Shown piece by piece: positions 1 through 10,371 of a stretch of DNA of 46,994 nucleotides. Position numbers and translations under genes: made by a program. The DNA lies in NCBI GenBank assembly GCA_003315655.1, contig NIZT01000029.1:1-46994 (forward strand). Reading direction: 5' to 3'. The notes under the pieces were generated by a model. It had not been told where the DNA came from. It saw only the letters and a list, made by a program, of their open reading frames with translations, and searched no databases. The stretch comes from Candidatus Methanobinarius endosymbioticus (GTDB taxonomy: Archaea; Methanobacteriota; Methanobacteria; Methanobacteriales; Methanobacteriaceae). Within the stretch, counting starts at the first letter, position 1. The number at the start of each line of letters is the position of its first letter.

Positions 1-2
1 TG

Positions 3-188
3 GATGAAATAAATGGAATAAAAATGGAAGATCCAAATGAGTCTATTGAACTTGAAAATGATAACTTTTTGATTTATAAACTTGAAAAAGATCATCATGT
101 TACTGTAGCTAAACCAACTAATGGTCTAACCATGAAACACCATGCTGAAGAAATTCAGAGATTGAAAGAAATGAAATATAGAAACTAA
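3..188 (+). CDS. C-terminal fragment (61 aa, 5' end outside window) of a hypothetical protein. It is paralogous to the C-terminus of the 1729..2399 (-) product.
   Basis: Open frame from the window edge to TAA at 186-188. The tail DEINGIKMEDPNESIELENDNFLIYKLEKDHH aligns with DEIENLELENPKNFIELNTDKFLVYKIKENYH of the minus-strand gene at 1729..2232. Confidence 0.5.
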   Translation, partial: DEINGIKMEDPNESIELENDNFLIYKLEKDHHVTVAKPTNGLTMKHHAEEIQRLKEMKYRN

Positions 189-200
189 AAATTAAATTAT

Positions 201-1070
201 ATGGGATATGATCACATGACAAAAAAACTGAAACTAGCTTTATGTCAAATGAATGTTGTAGATAATAAAGAAAAAAACATCAAAAAAGCTATAGAAATGA
301 TTGAAAATGCAAACAAAGAGGATGTTGATTTAGTTATTTTACCTGAAATGTTTAATTGTCCTTATGAAAATGAAAAATTTGTTGAATATAGTGAATCAAA
401 ATATGATAGCTATACATTGAATTCCATTGGAAATATCGCTAATTCAGAGAATATTCATATTTTAACTGGATCTATTCCTGAAAAAGAGTTAGATAAAAAA
501 AATAATTTAGAAAAAATTTATAATACTAGTTTTTTATTGGATAACAATGGTGAAATATTAGGATATCATAGAAAAATGCACCTATTTGATATCGATGTGA
601 AAGATAACATTTATTTCAAAGAGTCAGATACCTTAAGTGCAGGAAATAGAATTACTGTAATTGATACTAAATCTAAGCTAGGTAAAATTGGAATAGGAAT
701 TTGTTATGATATTCGTTTTCCTGAACTATCTCGACTAATGGCTCTTGAAGGTGCAAAAATAATAATATTTCCTGGAGCTTTTAATTTAACAACAGGACCT
801 GCTCATTGGGAAATACTTTTTAAAACAAGAGCTTTGGATAATCAAGTTTTTACAATTGGTGTTTCTCCTGCATTAGATAAAAAAGCTAACTATAATGCTT
901 ATGGTCATTCATTAATAATTGATCCATGGGGAGAAATCATAAAAGGAGGAAATTTCGAAGAAGAACTAATTTTTGCAGAAATTGACTTAGACAAAATAAA
1001 AACTGTAAGAGAAGAGTTACCTCTTCTTAAAAATAGAAGAACAGATATTTATGATCTTGAAAAATTATAA
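201..1070 (+). CDS. Carbon-nitrogen hydrolase (nitrilase superfamily, omega-amidase/Nit-like).
   Basis: 289-aa intact ORF. Catalytic-triad context is present: [11 protein letters not shown] (Glu), HRKMHLFD (Lys), [13 protein letters not shown] (Cys). It ends with TAA followed by a T-tract. Confidence 0.85.
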   Translation: MGYDHMTKKLKLALCQMNVVDNKEKNIKKAIEMIENANKEDVDLVILPEMFNCPYENEKFVEYSESKYDSYTLNSIGNIANSENIHILTGSIPEKELDKKNNLEKIYNTSFLLDNNGEILGYHRKMHLFDIDVKDNIYFKESDTLSAGNRITVIDTKSKLGKIGIGICYDIRFPELSRLMALEGAKIIIFPGAFNLTTGPAHWEILFKTRALDNQVFTIGVSPALDKKANYNAYGHSLIIDPWGEIIKGGNFEEELIFAEIDLDKIKTVREELPLLKNRRTDIYDLEKL

Positions 1071-1204
1071 TTATACTTTTTTATATTACAAATTTAAATA
1101 TTTTTTTATAAAAATTACTGTTATAAATTACTCATATACTTTTTATTTTTATAAAAATCATTTTTATTAAAATTAATAATATTAAAACATGTTTTGAGGA
1201 ATAT

Positions 1205-1697
1205 ATGAGAAGAAAAAATAGAGAAGTTAATGATATTAATAAAATAATTGAAATAATTGAAAAATGTGAAATATGTACACTTTCTTTATTAAATAAGGAT
1301 TATCCCTATACTATTCCTTTAAATTTTGGTTATAATTACGATAAAGTAAAGAAAGAATTATCCTTATTTTTTCATGAAACTAAACTGGTAAAAAGATAGA
1401 TATTATCACAGGTACAATAAAAACAATGATAAAACTACATTTGAAATGCATTGTTCTACAAATTTAATTATTAATGAAACACCATGTAAATGCACTACAG
1501 AATTTAAAAGTGTAGTTGGAAATGGTAAAATAGAAATCTTAAAAAATAACGATGAAATAAATGGTTTAAAATATATAATGAAACAATATTCCGATATAAA
1601 CCGTAAAAACTCTGACTTTAATGAAAAAATACTCAAAACAACAACTGTTTTAAAATTAAAAGTAAATCAAATATCTGGAAAAGCATTTGAAAAATAA
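1205..1697 (+). pseudogene. Pyridoxamine 5'-phosphate oxidase-like (FMN-binding split-barrel) protein, disrupted by about 2 frameshifts.
   Basis: The N-terminal piece MRRKNREVND..CEICTLSL..YPYTIPLNFGY..LFFHETK (1205..1399) and the C-terminal piece ..CSTNLIINETPCKCTTEFKSVVGNGKIEIL..IMKQYS.. (1446..1697) are both PNPOx-like but sit in different frames. The intervening 1391-1450 matches KIDIITG.. / KNNDKTTFEM only after frame switches. Confidence 0.55.
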
Positions 1698-1728
1698 TTA
1701 TTTAGTAATTTTTATTTTTATATAATAT

Positions 1729-2399
1729 TTAAATTGTACTTAATTTTATTTTACTAAGTTCTATAGTACAATTTTTCCTAGTAAATTCATTGGCAGGTAT
1801 TGATAAAACATTACCATGATAATTTTCTTTTATTTTATAGACTAAAAATTTATCAGTATTTAACTCAATAAAGTTTTTAGGATTTTCTAATTCTAAATTT
1901 TCTATTTCATCATGAATATTATGATCTTCTTCTTCAATATCAATTAACCAATCAACATCTTCATTTTTCATGTTGTTGAATGTAATAGCTAAGCCAACCA
2001 TACCATTGATTTTAGCTCCTTTATAATTAAAACTATAATTCCTTATTTCATCCATTATTCTTATTGATTGATTTTTAGTTAATTTAGTAGCTGGTATCTC
2101 ATTATCAATTCTTAATAAGTTTACTTTATAGATATTTTTCCAGTTTTCTGGCCTATATATTACATAATTTTCATCATCAAAGAAAACTAGTTTGTTTTCA
2201 TCTTCATAGAATCTACGAACACATTTACACATAGTTCCACAAGTTCCTCCACATGAACATTGCGAAGATTTTTTCTATTTGATTTCACATTATACATACT
2301 TTTAGAAGGTCCAACTGAGTGAAATTTATTATTTATCATTTGATTTTTGTTTTCATTGTTATTTAGTGATTTATTATATATTATACAATCACCCTCCAT
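1729..2399 (-). pseudogene. Hypothetical protein with an N-terminal Cys-rich motif (CSCGGTCGTMCKC), split by one frameshift near 2235-2250.
   Basis: ORFs 2187..2399 and 1729..2232 are contiguous in different frames. Reverse-complement translation across the junction reads ..NRK|KSSQCSCGGTCGTMCKCVRRFYEDEN... It is a paralogue of the 3..188 fragment. Function is not recognised. Confidence 0.4.
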
Positions 2400-2636
2400 T
2401 AATTTTTAAAAATAATAATTTTAAAAAGATTTAATATAAAATTTAGATATGCCTAAATATTTATTATAAGTATATATAAAGTTATCTCAATACAACAAAA
2501 AATTAACTTAATAAATTGAATATAAAATTAAAATAATAAAAAAATAAAATAAAATATGAAAAAATAGGATAAAATAGAATAGAATAATAATAAAGTAGTA
2601 AAATTAATATTAAAGAAAAAAATAATTAACTAAAAG

Positions 2637-3275
2637 TTATTTTTTCTTTTTAAGAGCTTTTTCAATTTTTTTAATTGCTTTGTTAGCTATTTTTTTGAAA
2701 TCTTTATCTTTTTCTTTTCTTCTAGCTTTTTTAATTGAAGTTATTGCTTCTTCAACTTCCATGTCACCAAGAGCTCTTATGGATGCAAGACGTACACCCC
2801 AATCTTCTTCTTCTAACATTAATGTTTCAATTTCATCTATTTTATCAGTAGCTTGTAATTCACCAAGAGCCCTAACAGCTACTTTACGAACACCAAAATC
2901 TTCATCATTAATAGCTTCTGAAAAGTAGTCAACAGCTTTTGGACTACCTGTTGTTTTTAATGCAAAGGATGCAAATCGTTTATATTCACCTTCTTCATTA
3001 TTAACAACTTCAATTAATCTATCAACTGTTAAATCTCCCATTTTACCAAGATTTTCTGCAGCTTTATGTCTTACAGGAGTGTTTGCATCTTTCATAGCTT
3101 CGATTAAAGGTTCGATGACAGCTTCATCTTCGATTCCTTCTAAACTATTAACTGCTAATTTTCTTATTTCTACATCAGAATCAGTTAATTTAGTTATAGC
3201 TTCATCCATTGGTAATTTTTCTTGATCATTAGTCATAATTTCATCCTCAAAGATAAAAATATTATATAAAAACAA
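2637..3275 (-). CDS. HEAT-repeat protein (PBS-lyase/E-Z type HEAT repeats).
   Basis: 212 aa with repeated motif units ..VRHKAAENLGKMGD.., ..VRKVAVRALGEL.., ..GVRLASIRALGDM.. and a Lys-rich C-terminus. The true start may be the internal MTNDQEKL. Confidence 0.7.
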   Translation of the reverse strand: MFLYNIFIFEDEIMTNDQEKLPMDEAITKLTDSDVEIRKLAVNSLEGIEDEAVIEPLIEAMKDANTPVRHKAAENLGKMGDLTVDRLIEVVNNEEGEYKRFASFALKTTGSPKAVDYFSEAINDEDFGVRKVAVRALGELQATDKIDEIETLMLEEEDWGVRLASIRALGDMEVEEAITSIKKARRKEKDKDFKKIANKAIKKIEKALKKKK

Positions 3276-3631
3276 TTTTTTATTATTTTAATTTATTGAA
3301 ATTAATTATTTAATCTATATTAATTTTATAATTTTAAATATTTGTTATATTAAAATTTATTCATTTCATAATTTAAAAATATAATTAACGTATTATTGAT
3401 TATTTTAAGAATAAATTAAGAATATATTATATAAGAAAATTATAATATAAAAATAACATTATATTATATGAAAAACATGATATTATAAAAATAACAAGTT
3501 CAAACAATAAAATTATTTTAATTTAATTAATTTAATAATAAAAACCTTATTATAGATAAATATTTAGTAAAAGAATATTTAATCAAAATATTTGAAAACT
3601 AGTAATCATTTAAAACGTATCAATTAATTGA

Positions 3632-6273
3632 AATATAAAAGATAAAATTATAAATAAACAAACTGAAAGCTATTCTAAAAAAGATATTTATAAAATTCTT
3701 CACCCATGGGTTAAAGAATGGTTTGATAATACCTTTAATGATTTTACTCCAGCTCAAAAACAAGCTATAGTATATATACATAAAAGAAACAATGTACTTG
3801 TTTCATCTCCGACAGGATCTGGAAAAACATTTACTGCATTTTTATCAGTTCTTAGTGAGCTAACTACACTTGCAGAGAAAAATGAACTAGAAGATAAAGT
3901 TTATTGTATCTATATATCTCCTTTAAAGGCATAAGATAATGATATTGAAAAAAATTTATAAACCCCCTAAATGAAATAGAAAAAATAGTTATTGATAATA
4001 GAGCAACTTATCAAAAAACTGCTAAAAAAACTGAAAAGGATTAGGAATTAGAAAAGCTGTTAGAACTGGAGATACTAGTCAATAGGAACGGTCAAAGATG
4101 CTTAAAAAGCCTCCCCATATTTTAATTACCACTCCTGAAACATTATCAATATTGCTTATAACCCCTAAGTTTAGGGAAAATATCCAATGTAAAATATGTT
4201 ATAATAGATGAAATTCATTCTTTAGCTGAAAATAAAAGAGGAGTTCATTTGAGTTTATCATTAGAACATCTTCAACATTTAATTGGAGGATATACAAGAA
4301 TTGGACTTTCAGCTACAGTTTCTCCTCTAGAAAAAATAGCTAATTTCTTAGTAGGTTATGAATATGGAACACCTAGAGATTGTCTTATTGTAGATGTTAA
4401 CTATTTAAAAGAACTAGATATTGAAGTTCTAAGTCCAGTAGATGATATTGTAGTAGCTTATAGGGAAGAAACAAGATTAGATATGTATAGATTAGTTGAT
4501 GATTTGATTGTTGAACATGAAACAACACTTATTTTTACAAACACTAGAATAGGAACTGAAAGTCTTGTTTATAACCTTAAGAAAATGTTTCCTGAAAATT
4601 ATAATTCTAATAATATTATGGCTCACCACTCATCACTTTCTAAGGAACTTCGACTTGAAGCAGAAAACAAACTAAAAGAAGGAAGTTTACGAACTGTTGT
4701 TTCATTTACATCATTGGAATTAGGAATAGATATTGGTTATATTGATTTAGTTATATTGATAAACTCTCCAAAATCAGTTTCAAGAACATTACAAAGAATT
4801 GGAAGAAGTGGACATAGACTGCATGAAAAATCTAAAGGAAAAATCATCGTTACTGATAGAGACGATCTTGTTGAATGTTCAATTCTTCTTAAAATGCTAA
4901 AGAAGGTAGAATTGATAAGATAAAAATTCCACACAATGCTTTAGATGTTTTAGCTCAACATGTTTATGGAATGAGTATTGAAAATCAATGAGACATTGAT
5001 TATGTTTATGATGTAATTAAAAAAAGTTATTGCTATAAAGACATAAGTCGTGGTGATTATGAAGACGTACTTAGCTATCTTGCTGGGGAATGGTGAATTA
5101 AAAGAAAGGTATGTATATGCTAAAATTTGGATTGATTATGATAAAAACCAGTTTGGAAAAAGAGGCAGACTAACTCGAATGTTATATTCAACAAATATTG
5201 GAACTATTCCAGACAGCACAGTAGTAGCTGTAAAATGTGATGGAGAAACAATCGGAAGAATCGAACAAATTTTCATGGAAAAACTTAAAAAAGGAGATAG
5301 TTTTGTAATAGGAGGAGGCATATATATATTTAACTATGGTAGAGGTATGACTATAAATGTTTCATCAGCTAGTGGACCTCTAATCATCCCTTCTTGGTTT
5401 TCACAACAACTTCCATTAGCATTTGATTTAGCTTTAGATATTCGGAGATTTAAAGCATTACTGGATCAAAAATTTGAGTATAAATGATCTAAAGATGAAA
5501 TTTTAGAGTTTATAAATGAATATCTTTATGTAGATGAATTTGCTGCTAAACTCTATATATGAATTTTTTAAAGAGCAATTCTTATATGCACAAATTCCAA
5601 GTAACAAAAAGTTGTTAATTGAATATTATACAGGATTTGGTGGAAGAAAATTTCTTATATTTCATTCTCTATTTGGAAGACAAGTGAATGATGCATTATC
5701 AAGAGCTATAGCTTATCTTATAGCAAAAAAAATAACATTGATGTTACAATAACTATTTCAGATAATAGATTTTATCTTAGCTCAGATAAAAGAATGAGTG
5801 GACTTGAATCGTTTAAAAGATTAAGTTCAGAAAATCTTAAATTCGTCCTTATAAATGCAATAAATAAAACAGAAACATTAGCTAGTCGTTTTAGGCATTG
5901 TGCAGGTAGATCATTAATGACATTACGTCGTTATAAAAGTCAAGATAAATCTGTTGGAAGACAACAAGCTAAAGGAAAAATTCTACTTAAATTTGTTGAA
6001 GATATGGACGATAACTTTTCCATTCTCAAAGAAGCTAGAAGAGAAGTTATTGAAGATTTCATGGATATCAAAAATGCAAAAAGAGTTCTCCAATGGATAG
6101 AAAGTTGACAATTAGAAATAAAAACAATTGATACTGTAATTCCTTCACCATTTGCATTTAATTTAGTATCAAAAAGCTATTTAGACGTTTTTGCACAAAC
6201 AAATAAAGCTGAATTTTCAAAAAGAATGCATAAAGCAGTTCTAAAAAAAAATCAAAGACCAATTAAAAGATGA
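3632..6273 (+). pseudogene. lhr: Lhr-type large ATP-dependent helicase (DEAD/DEAH box), heavily degraded with at least 3 frameshifts and at least 6 in-frame stops.
   Basis: Recognisable segments run in order across three frames: [47 protein letters not shown] (Walker A); ISPLKA-TAA-DNDIEKNL; [34 protein letters not shown]; [18 protein letters not shown] (DEIH box); [10 protein letters not shown] (motif VI); [31 protein letters not shown]; LAGEW-TGA; Lhr C-domain ..[24 protein letters not shown]..; ..[15 protein letters not shown]..; [27 protein letters not shown]. No ATG lies in frame at the 5' end. Confidence 0.85.
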
Positions 6274-6505
6274 ATATTACTAAAATTATTAAAATTATTA
6301 TATTTTTAAAAAATATCAATAAAGCAATATAATTAAGTTATATAAAATATATAATATTAATATAATAAGTTAAATATCATTTATATAACTGTATTATGAC
6401 TAAAAAAACATCAATATAATCAAAAAATATTAAAAGTGTTGCATAATTGATATTGAATCAAACGTAAAATATAAATAGAATATTAAATATAAAAAAGAGG
6501 AAAAA

Positions 6506-6871
6506 ATGTTTTTAATCCCATTAAACTTTTGGATATTATTTTTTGCTGTATGTTTATTTTTAGAAATAGTTACAACTGGATTTTACCTAATGTCAGTGGG
6601 AATTGGATCAGTTGCAGCAGCAATAGCCAACTACTTAGGTTTTGATCCAACAATCCAATTAATCATTTTTGTTATAATTACCATTATTTGTATAATAGCA
6701 TCTAGACCATTAGCAAATAGATTAACAAGAGAATCACCAGATAAAAAAGTTGCAACTGATAGACTTGTTGGAAAAGAAGGAGTAGTATTTGAAGCTATTG
6801 ATCCAGAAAATTCAGGAATGCTAAAAATATCTGGAGAATTTTGGAGAGATAGTTATTGTGGAAAACGTTAA
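6506..6871 (+). CDS. NfeD-like membrane protein (short form; partner of stomatin). Likely a C-terminal frameshift.
   Basis: N-terminal TM helices plus C-terminal ..[11 protein letters not shown]. Immediately afterwards the +1 frame reads [19 protein letters not shown] (to 6902), which is the expected end of the NfeD OB-fold. The gene sits directly upstream of a stomatin gene, the classic nfeD-stomatin pair. Confidence 0.6.
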   Translation: MFLIPLNFWILFFAVCLFLEIVTTGFYLMSVGIGSVAAAIANYLGFDPTIQLIIFVIITIICIIASRPLANRLTRESPDKKVATDRLVGKEGVVFEAIDPENSGMLKISGEFWRDSYCGKR

Positions 6872-7095
6872 AGGAATAAGACTAATAGTTAGGAAAAAAT
6901 AAACAATTTTTAACTAAGAATTTAATATTTTCTTTAAAATAGTATTTAATATTTAAATTCAACATTTAAAATAAAAAATAAAATAAAAATAATAATAAAA
7001 ACAATAATATTAAGAATAATATTAATAACACAAATACTAATGTTAATAAAAATAAAAAAAATAAAATAAAAAATAGATATAATGGAGTCTAAAAA

Positions 7096-8099
7096 ATGGA
7101 TATATTCATATTAACTATCATGTTAATAATCATTGTAATTGTTTTAGCATATAAAGCTATAAAAATACTTAGACCTTATGAAAAAACAGTAGTAGAAAGA
7201 TTCGGTAAATATCAAAGAACTGTTGAAAGTGGTTTAATATTCATAATTCCTTTTATTGAATCTATTAGAAAAGTAGATCTTCGTGAACAAGTAGTAGATG
7301 TGCCTCCACAAGAAGTAATTACTAAAGATAATACTATAGTAGTGGTTGATTGTGTTATCTTTTATGAAGTAACGGATCCTTTTAATGCTGTTTACAATGT
7401 TGTAAATTTTTATCAAGCTATAACCAAGTTAGCCCAAACAAATCTTAGAAATATTATAGGTGATTTAGAGCTTGATCAAACTCTCACTTCCAGAGAAATG
7501 ATTAGTAGTCATCTTCGCAAAGTGCTTGATGAAGCTACTGATAAATGGAGAACAAGAGTTGTTAGAGTAGAAATCCAGAGAATCGAACCACCTAAAGATA
7601 TTGTAGATGCAATGAGTAAGCAAATGAAAGCTGAAAGAATGACGCGTGCTGCAATACTTGAAGCAGAAGGATATAAAGAATCTGAAATAAAAAGAGCTGA
7701 AGGTGACAAACAAGCAGCTATATTAGAATCAGAAGGTCGAGCAAAAGCTATCAAAAAAGTAGCAGATGCTCAAAAATACGAAGAAATATCTATAGCTGAA
7801 GGTCAGGCAAAAGCTACAATAGATGTTTATGAAGCTATTCATGCAGGGATCCTACCAATGATTTATTAGCTATAAAATATTTAGAAGCTCTTGAAAAAAT
7901 AGCTGATGGAAATTCTACCAAAATTTTCCTCCCAACTGAAGTATCTGGAATTCTTGGTTCAATCGGAGGAATAGCAGAATTATTTGATGATGACAACAAT
8001 CTAAATAAAAAGGAAACACACGAAAATAAAACTAAAACTTCTAAAATAAATGAAGTAATGGGTAAAATAAGTGAAAAAACAAGAAAACTCAATGAATAA
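7096..8099 (+). CDS. Stomatin/prohibitin (SPFH, band-7) family protein with a frameshift near 7850.
   Basis: N-terminal TM helix, then the SPFH core (..[24 protein letters not shown].. and a coiled-coil EA/KA-rich region). ORF-track frame ends ..HAGILPMIY* at 7869. The conserved C-terminus [32 protein letters not shown].. continues in the +1 frame to TAA at 8097-8099. Confidence 0.8.
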
Positions 8100-8164
8100 A
8101 AAAGAACAAAAAATTAAAAAATAAATAAGGATATTAAAATATATTTACAAATCTTATTTATATT

Positions 8165-8200
8165 CCTTTTTTATTTTTTCTTTTGTTTTTATTTTTATTA
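8165..8200 (+). terminator. Oligo-T tract (archaeal-type terminator signal) after the stomatin gene, preceded by a weak hairpin.
   Basis: cctttttt att tttt ctttt gttttt atttttatt lies directly 3' of the stomatin stop. Archaeal termination typically uses oligo-dT runs. Confidence 0.3.
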
Positions 8201-8237
8201 TTTAACTATCAAAATAATTAAAAAAAGAGAGATTATT

Positions 8238-8492
8238 ATGGGAGAATTAACTAGTTTACCTAATATTGGAAAAGTTATAGAAGAACAATTAAATGAAATT
8301 GGAATATTTACCATAGACGATCTAATCGAAACCGGAGCCAAAGAAGCTTGATTAGCTATTCTAGAGATAGATGATTCTGCCTGTTATAATAGACTTTGTG
8401 GATTAAAAGGAGCTATCCAAGGCATAAGATGGCATGATTTGTCAGAAAAAGACAAAGAAAATTTAAAAGAATTTTATAAATTAAATAAATAA
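8238..8492 (+). pseudogene. Small TfoX C-terminal-domain-like / helix-hairpin-helix protein with a single in-frame TGA at 8349-8351.
   Basis: MGELTSLPNIGKVIEEQLNEIGIFTIDDLIETGAKEA-TGA-LAILEIDDSACYNRLCGLKGAIQGIRWHDLSEKDKENLKEFYKLNK*. The TGA sits where this family has a conserved aromatic/Trp (..KEAWL..). A purine-rich RBS (agagag) lies upstream of the ATG. Confidence 0.45.
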
Positions 8493-8910
8493 CTTTTAAC
8501 AATATTTCTAGATTATACAAATTACAATTTTTTACTAATTTTATATAAATTAATAAAATTCTTATTAAAGTTTTATTCTATTAAATTAACTATTCTATAA
8601 ATTTTTATTTTATTATTTTATATTTATATCATTTTCATTAAAATATAATAATAACAATAACAAGTTTTAAATTTAAATTTAAATAATAATATTATTAAAA
8701 ATATAATTATACTTTTTTTATAAAATCTATTTTTATTAAAAAGTTTCAACTTATTCTTAAAAAGTGAATAAAAATTAAAAATAATATAAAAAAATATAAA
8801 AAATATAGAAATTTATATAAAATTATACAATTTAATAAAAATATGTGAATTGTATAATTTTATATTATAATTTTGCATTAAAAAAGAATTATAATAGATA
8901 AATTTAAAAT

Positions 8911-8939
8911 AAAACTCAAAAGGCTTAGATATGAGTTTT
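8911..8939 (+). promoter_or_regulatory. Perfect 8-bp inverted repeat (AAAACTCA-N13-TGAGTTTT) immediately upstream of the ddh RBS. Candidate operator or 5'-leader hairpin.
   Basis: Read directly from the sequence. The GGAGGG RBS is at 8946-8951 and the TTG start at 8959. Confidence 0.3.
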
Positions 8940-8958
8940 AATATAGGAGGGAAAATAC

Positions 8959-9933
8959 TTGACTGAAAAAACTAAAATTGGAATTGTTGGATATGGAAAT
9001 TTAGGAAAAGGTGTTGAATTAGGTATTGAACAAAATGACGATATGGAATTAATAGCTATATTCACTAGAAGAGATCCAAAATCATTAGATCATCCATTAA
9101 TGGAAAATATGGAAAATATGGAAAGTTATAAAGATAAAATTGATGTAATGATTTTATGCGGAGGTTCAGCTACTGATCTTCCAGAACAAACACCTGAAAT
9201 ATCTAAGATATTTAATACTGTAGATAGTTTTGATACTCATGCAAATATTCCAGATCATTTTGCTAATGTTGATAAAGTAGGAAAAGAAAATGGAACATTA
9301 AGCTTAATATCAACCGGATGGGATCCTGGTTTATTTTCTATGTATAGAATAATGGGAGAAAGTATGCTTCCTGTAGGAAATACCTATACCTTTTGGGGAA
9401 AAGGTGTGAGTCAAGGGCACTCTGACGCAATCAGAAGAATTGATGGTGTTTTAAATGCTAAACAATATACCATTCCTATTGAAAAATCTTTAGATAGAGT
9501 AAGATCTGGAGAAAATCCTGAATTTACTACTAAAGAAAAACATCTTAGAGTATGCTATGTAGTACTTGAAAGTGGAGCAGATAAAGCTAAAATTGAAGAA
9601 AAAATAAAAACTATGCCTAATTACTTTGATGAATATGATACTGAAGTAAATTTCGTCAGTGAAGAAGAATTAGATAAAAATCATAGTGGTATGTCTCATG
9701 GAGGATATGTTATAAGAACTGGTGTCTCCCAAAACGAAACAAAACAACGAATGGAATTTGTTTTGGATCTTGGAAGTAATCCTGAATTCACATCTAGTGT
9801 ACTTATAACTTATGCAAGAGCTGTCCAAAAAATTCATGAAGACGGGAAAAACGGATGTATAACTGTTTTTGACGTTCCTTTAGGTATGCTTTCACCAAAA
9901 CCTAGTGAAGAATTAATAAAAAAACTCTTATAG
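8959..9933 (+). CDS. ddh: meso-Diaminopimelate D-dehydrogenase (Ddh).
   Basis: 324 aa, alignable along its full length to bacterial Ddh: IGIVGYGNLGKGVE; STGWDPGLFS; FWGKGVSQGHSDAIRRIDGV; KHLRVCYVV; MPNYFDEYDTEVNFV; HGGYVIRTG; NPEFTSS. TTG start with a GGAGGG Shine-Dalgarno 7 nt upstream. TAG stop. Confidence 0.85.
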   Translation: MTEKTKIGIVGYGNLGKGVELGIEQNDDMELIAIFTRRDPKSLDHPLMENMENMESYKDKIDVMILCGGSATDLPEQTPEISKIFNTVDSFDTHANIPDHFANVDKVGKENGTLSLISTGWDPGLFSMYRIMGESMLPVGNTYTFWGKGVSQGHSDAIRRIDGVLNAKQYTIPIEKSLDRVRSGENPEFTTKEKHLRVCYVVLESGADKAKIEEKIKTMPNYFDEYDTEVNFVSEEELDKNHSGMSHGGYVIRTGVSQNETKQRMEFVLDLGSNPEFTSSVLITYARAVQKIHEDGKNGCITVFDVPLGMLSPKPSEELIKKLL

Positions 9934-10022
9934 AACTTTTTTTAATATTTTATTTTTATATAAATTATTTTTAATAATTAGTAATTGTAATATTTTTTTA
10001 TATTTAATTTTATACATATTTG

Positions 10023-10051
10023 ATATTGTTATTTCTTATAAATAACAATAT
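10023..10051. promoter_or_regulatory. Perfect 12-bp inverted repeat with a 5-nt loop (ATATTGTTATTT-cttat-AAATAACAATAT) in the convergent intergenic region between ddh and the adhesin-A pseudogene. Candidate bidirectional terminator hairpin or protein-binding palindrome.
   Basis: Read directly from the sequence. The stem is AT-only. Confidence 0.25.
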
Positions 10052-10371
10052 AATTATAAATATTTTTATTATCTTTTGATTTTAAAAAAGTTTAGAGTTT
10101 ATTTTTTCTTTGGACAATTTTTATAAAATATAATCTTTTATAAAAAATAACTTAATAACAAGTGGATTAGTCTATAATAAAATTTATGATTTTAATAATA
10201 TATAAAAAAATTAGTCTCAATGTTAAAAAAGAATGATAAAGTGATAATTATATAGTTAATTTTAAAAATTATCATTAAAATATAGTATTGTGATTAAAAA
10301 ATGTTGTATAAAAAATTAATAGAGGTATAGAAAAGTTAATTATTCCTCAAATTTATAAAATTTTGTTTTGT

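Noticed and set aside
2680-2928. Numerous 60-130-aa ORFs antisense to or overlapping real genes (for example 2680..2928, 4737..4934, 5136..5321, 7234..7754, 10496..10738, 17073..17336, 18319..18603, 22365..22685, 31961..32179, 35007..35604, 36597..36860, 42072..42473).
   Set aside because: They lie inside or opposite well-supported genes, have low-complexity Ile/Leu/Phe/Ser composition typical of AT-rich antisense frames, and lack RBS or motifs. They are treated as spurious.
7845-7860. Programmed ribosomal frameshifting as an explanation for the stomatin and NfeD C-terminal frame changes.
   Set aside because: No slippery heptamer or downstream structure is evident at either site. Many neighbouring genes are frameshifted as well. 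Genome decay or homopolymer error is the more economical explanation.
8349-8351. In-frame TGA codons at conserved Trp positions (TfoX-like 8349; Lhr ~4990 and ~5485) raised the idea of TGA=Trp recoding (a code-4-like change) in this archaeon.
   Set aside because: Every intact gene in the window encodes Trp only with TGG and contains no internal TGA; in an AT-rich recoded genome TGA would dominate over TGG. The affected genes also carry in-frame TAA/TAG and frameshifts. TGG->TGA is simply the expected G->A nonsense route under AT-biased mutation, so these are pseudogenes.
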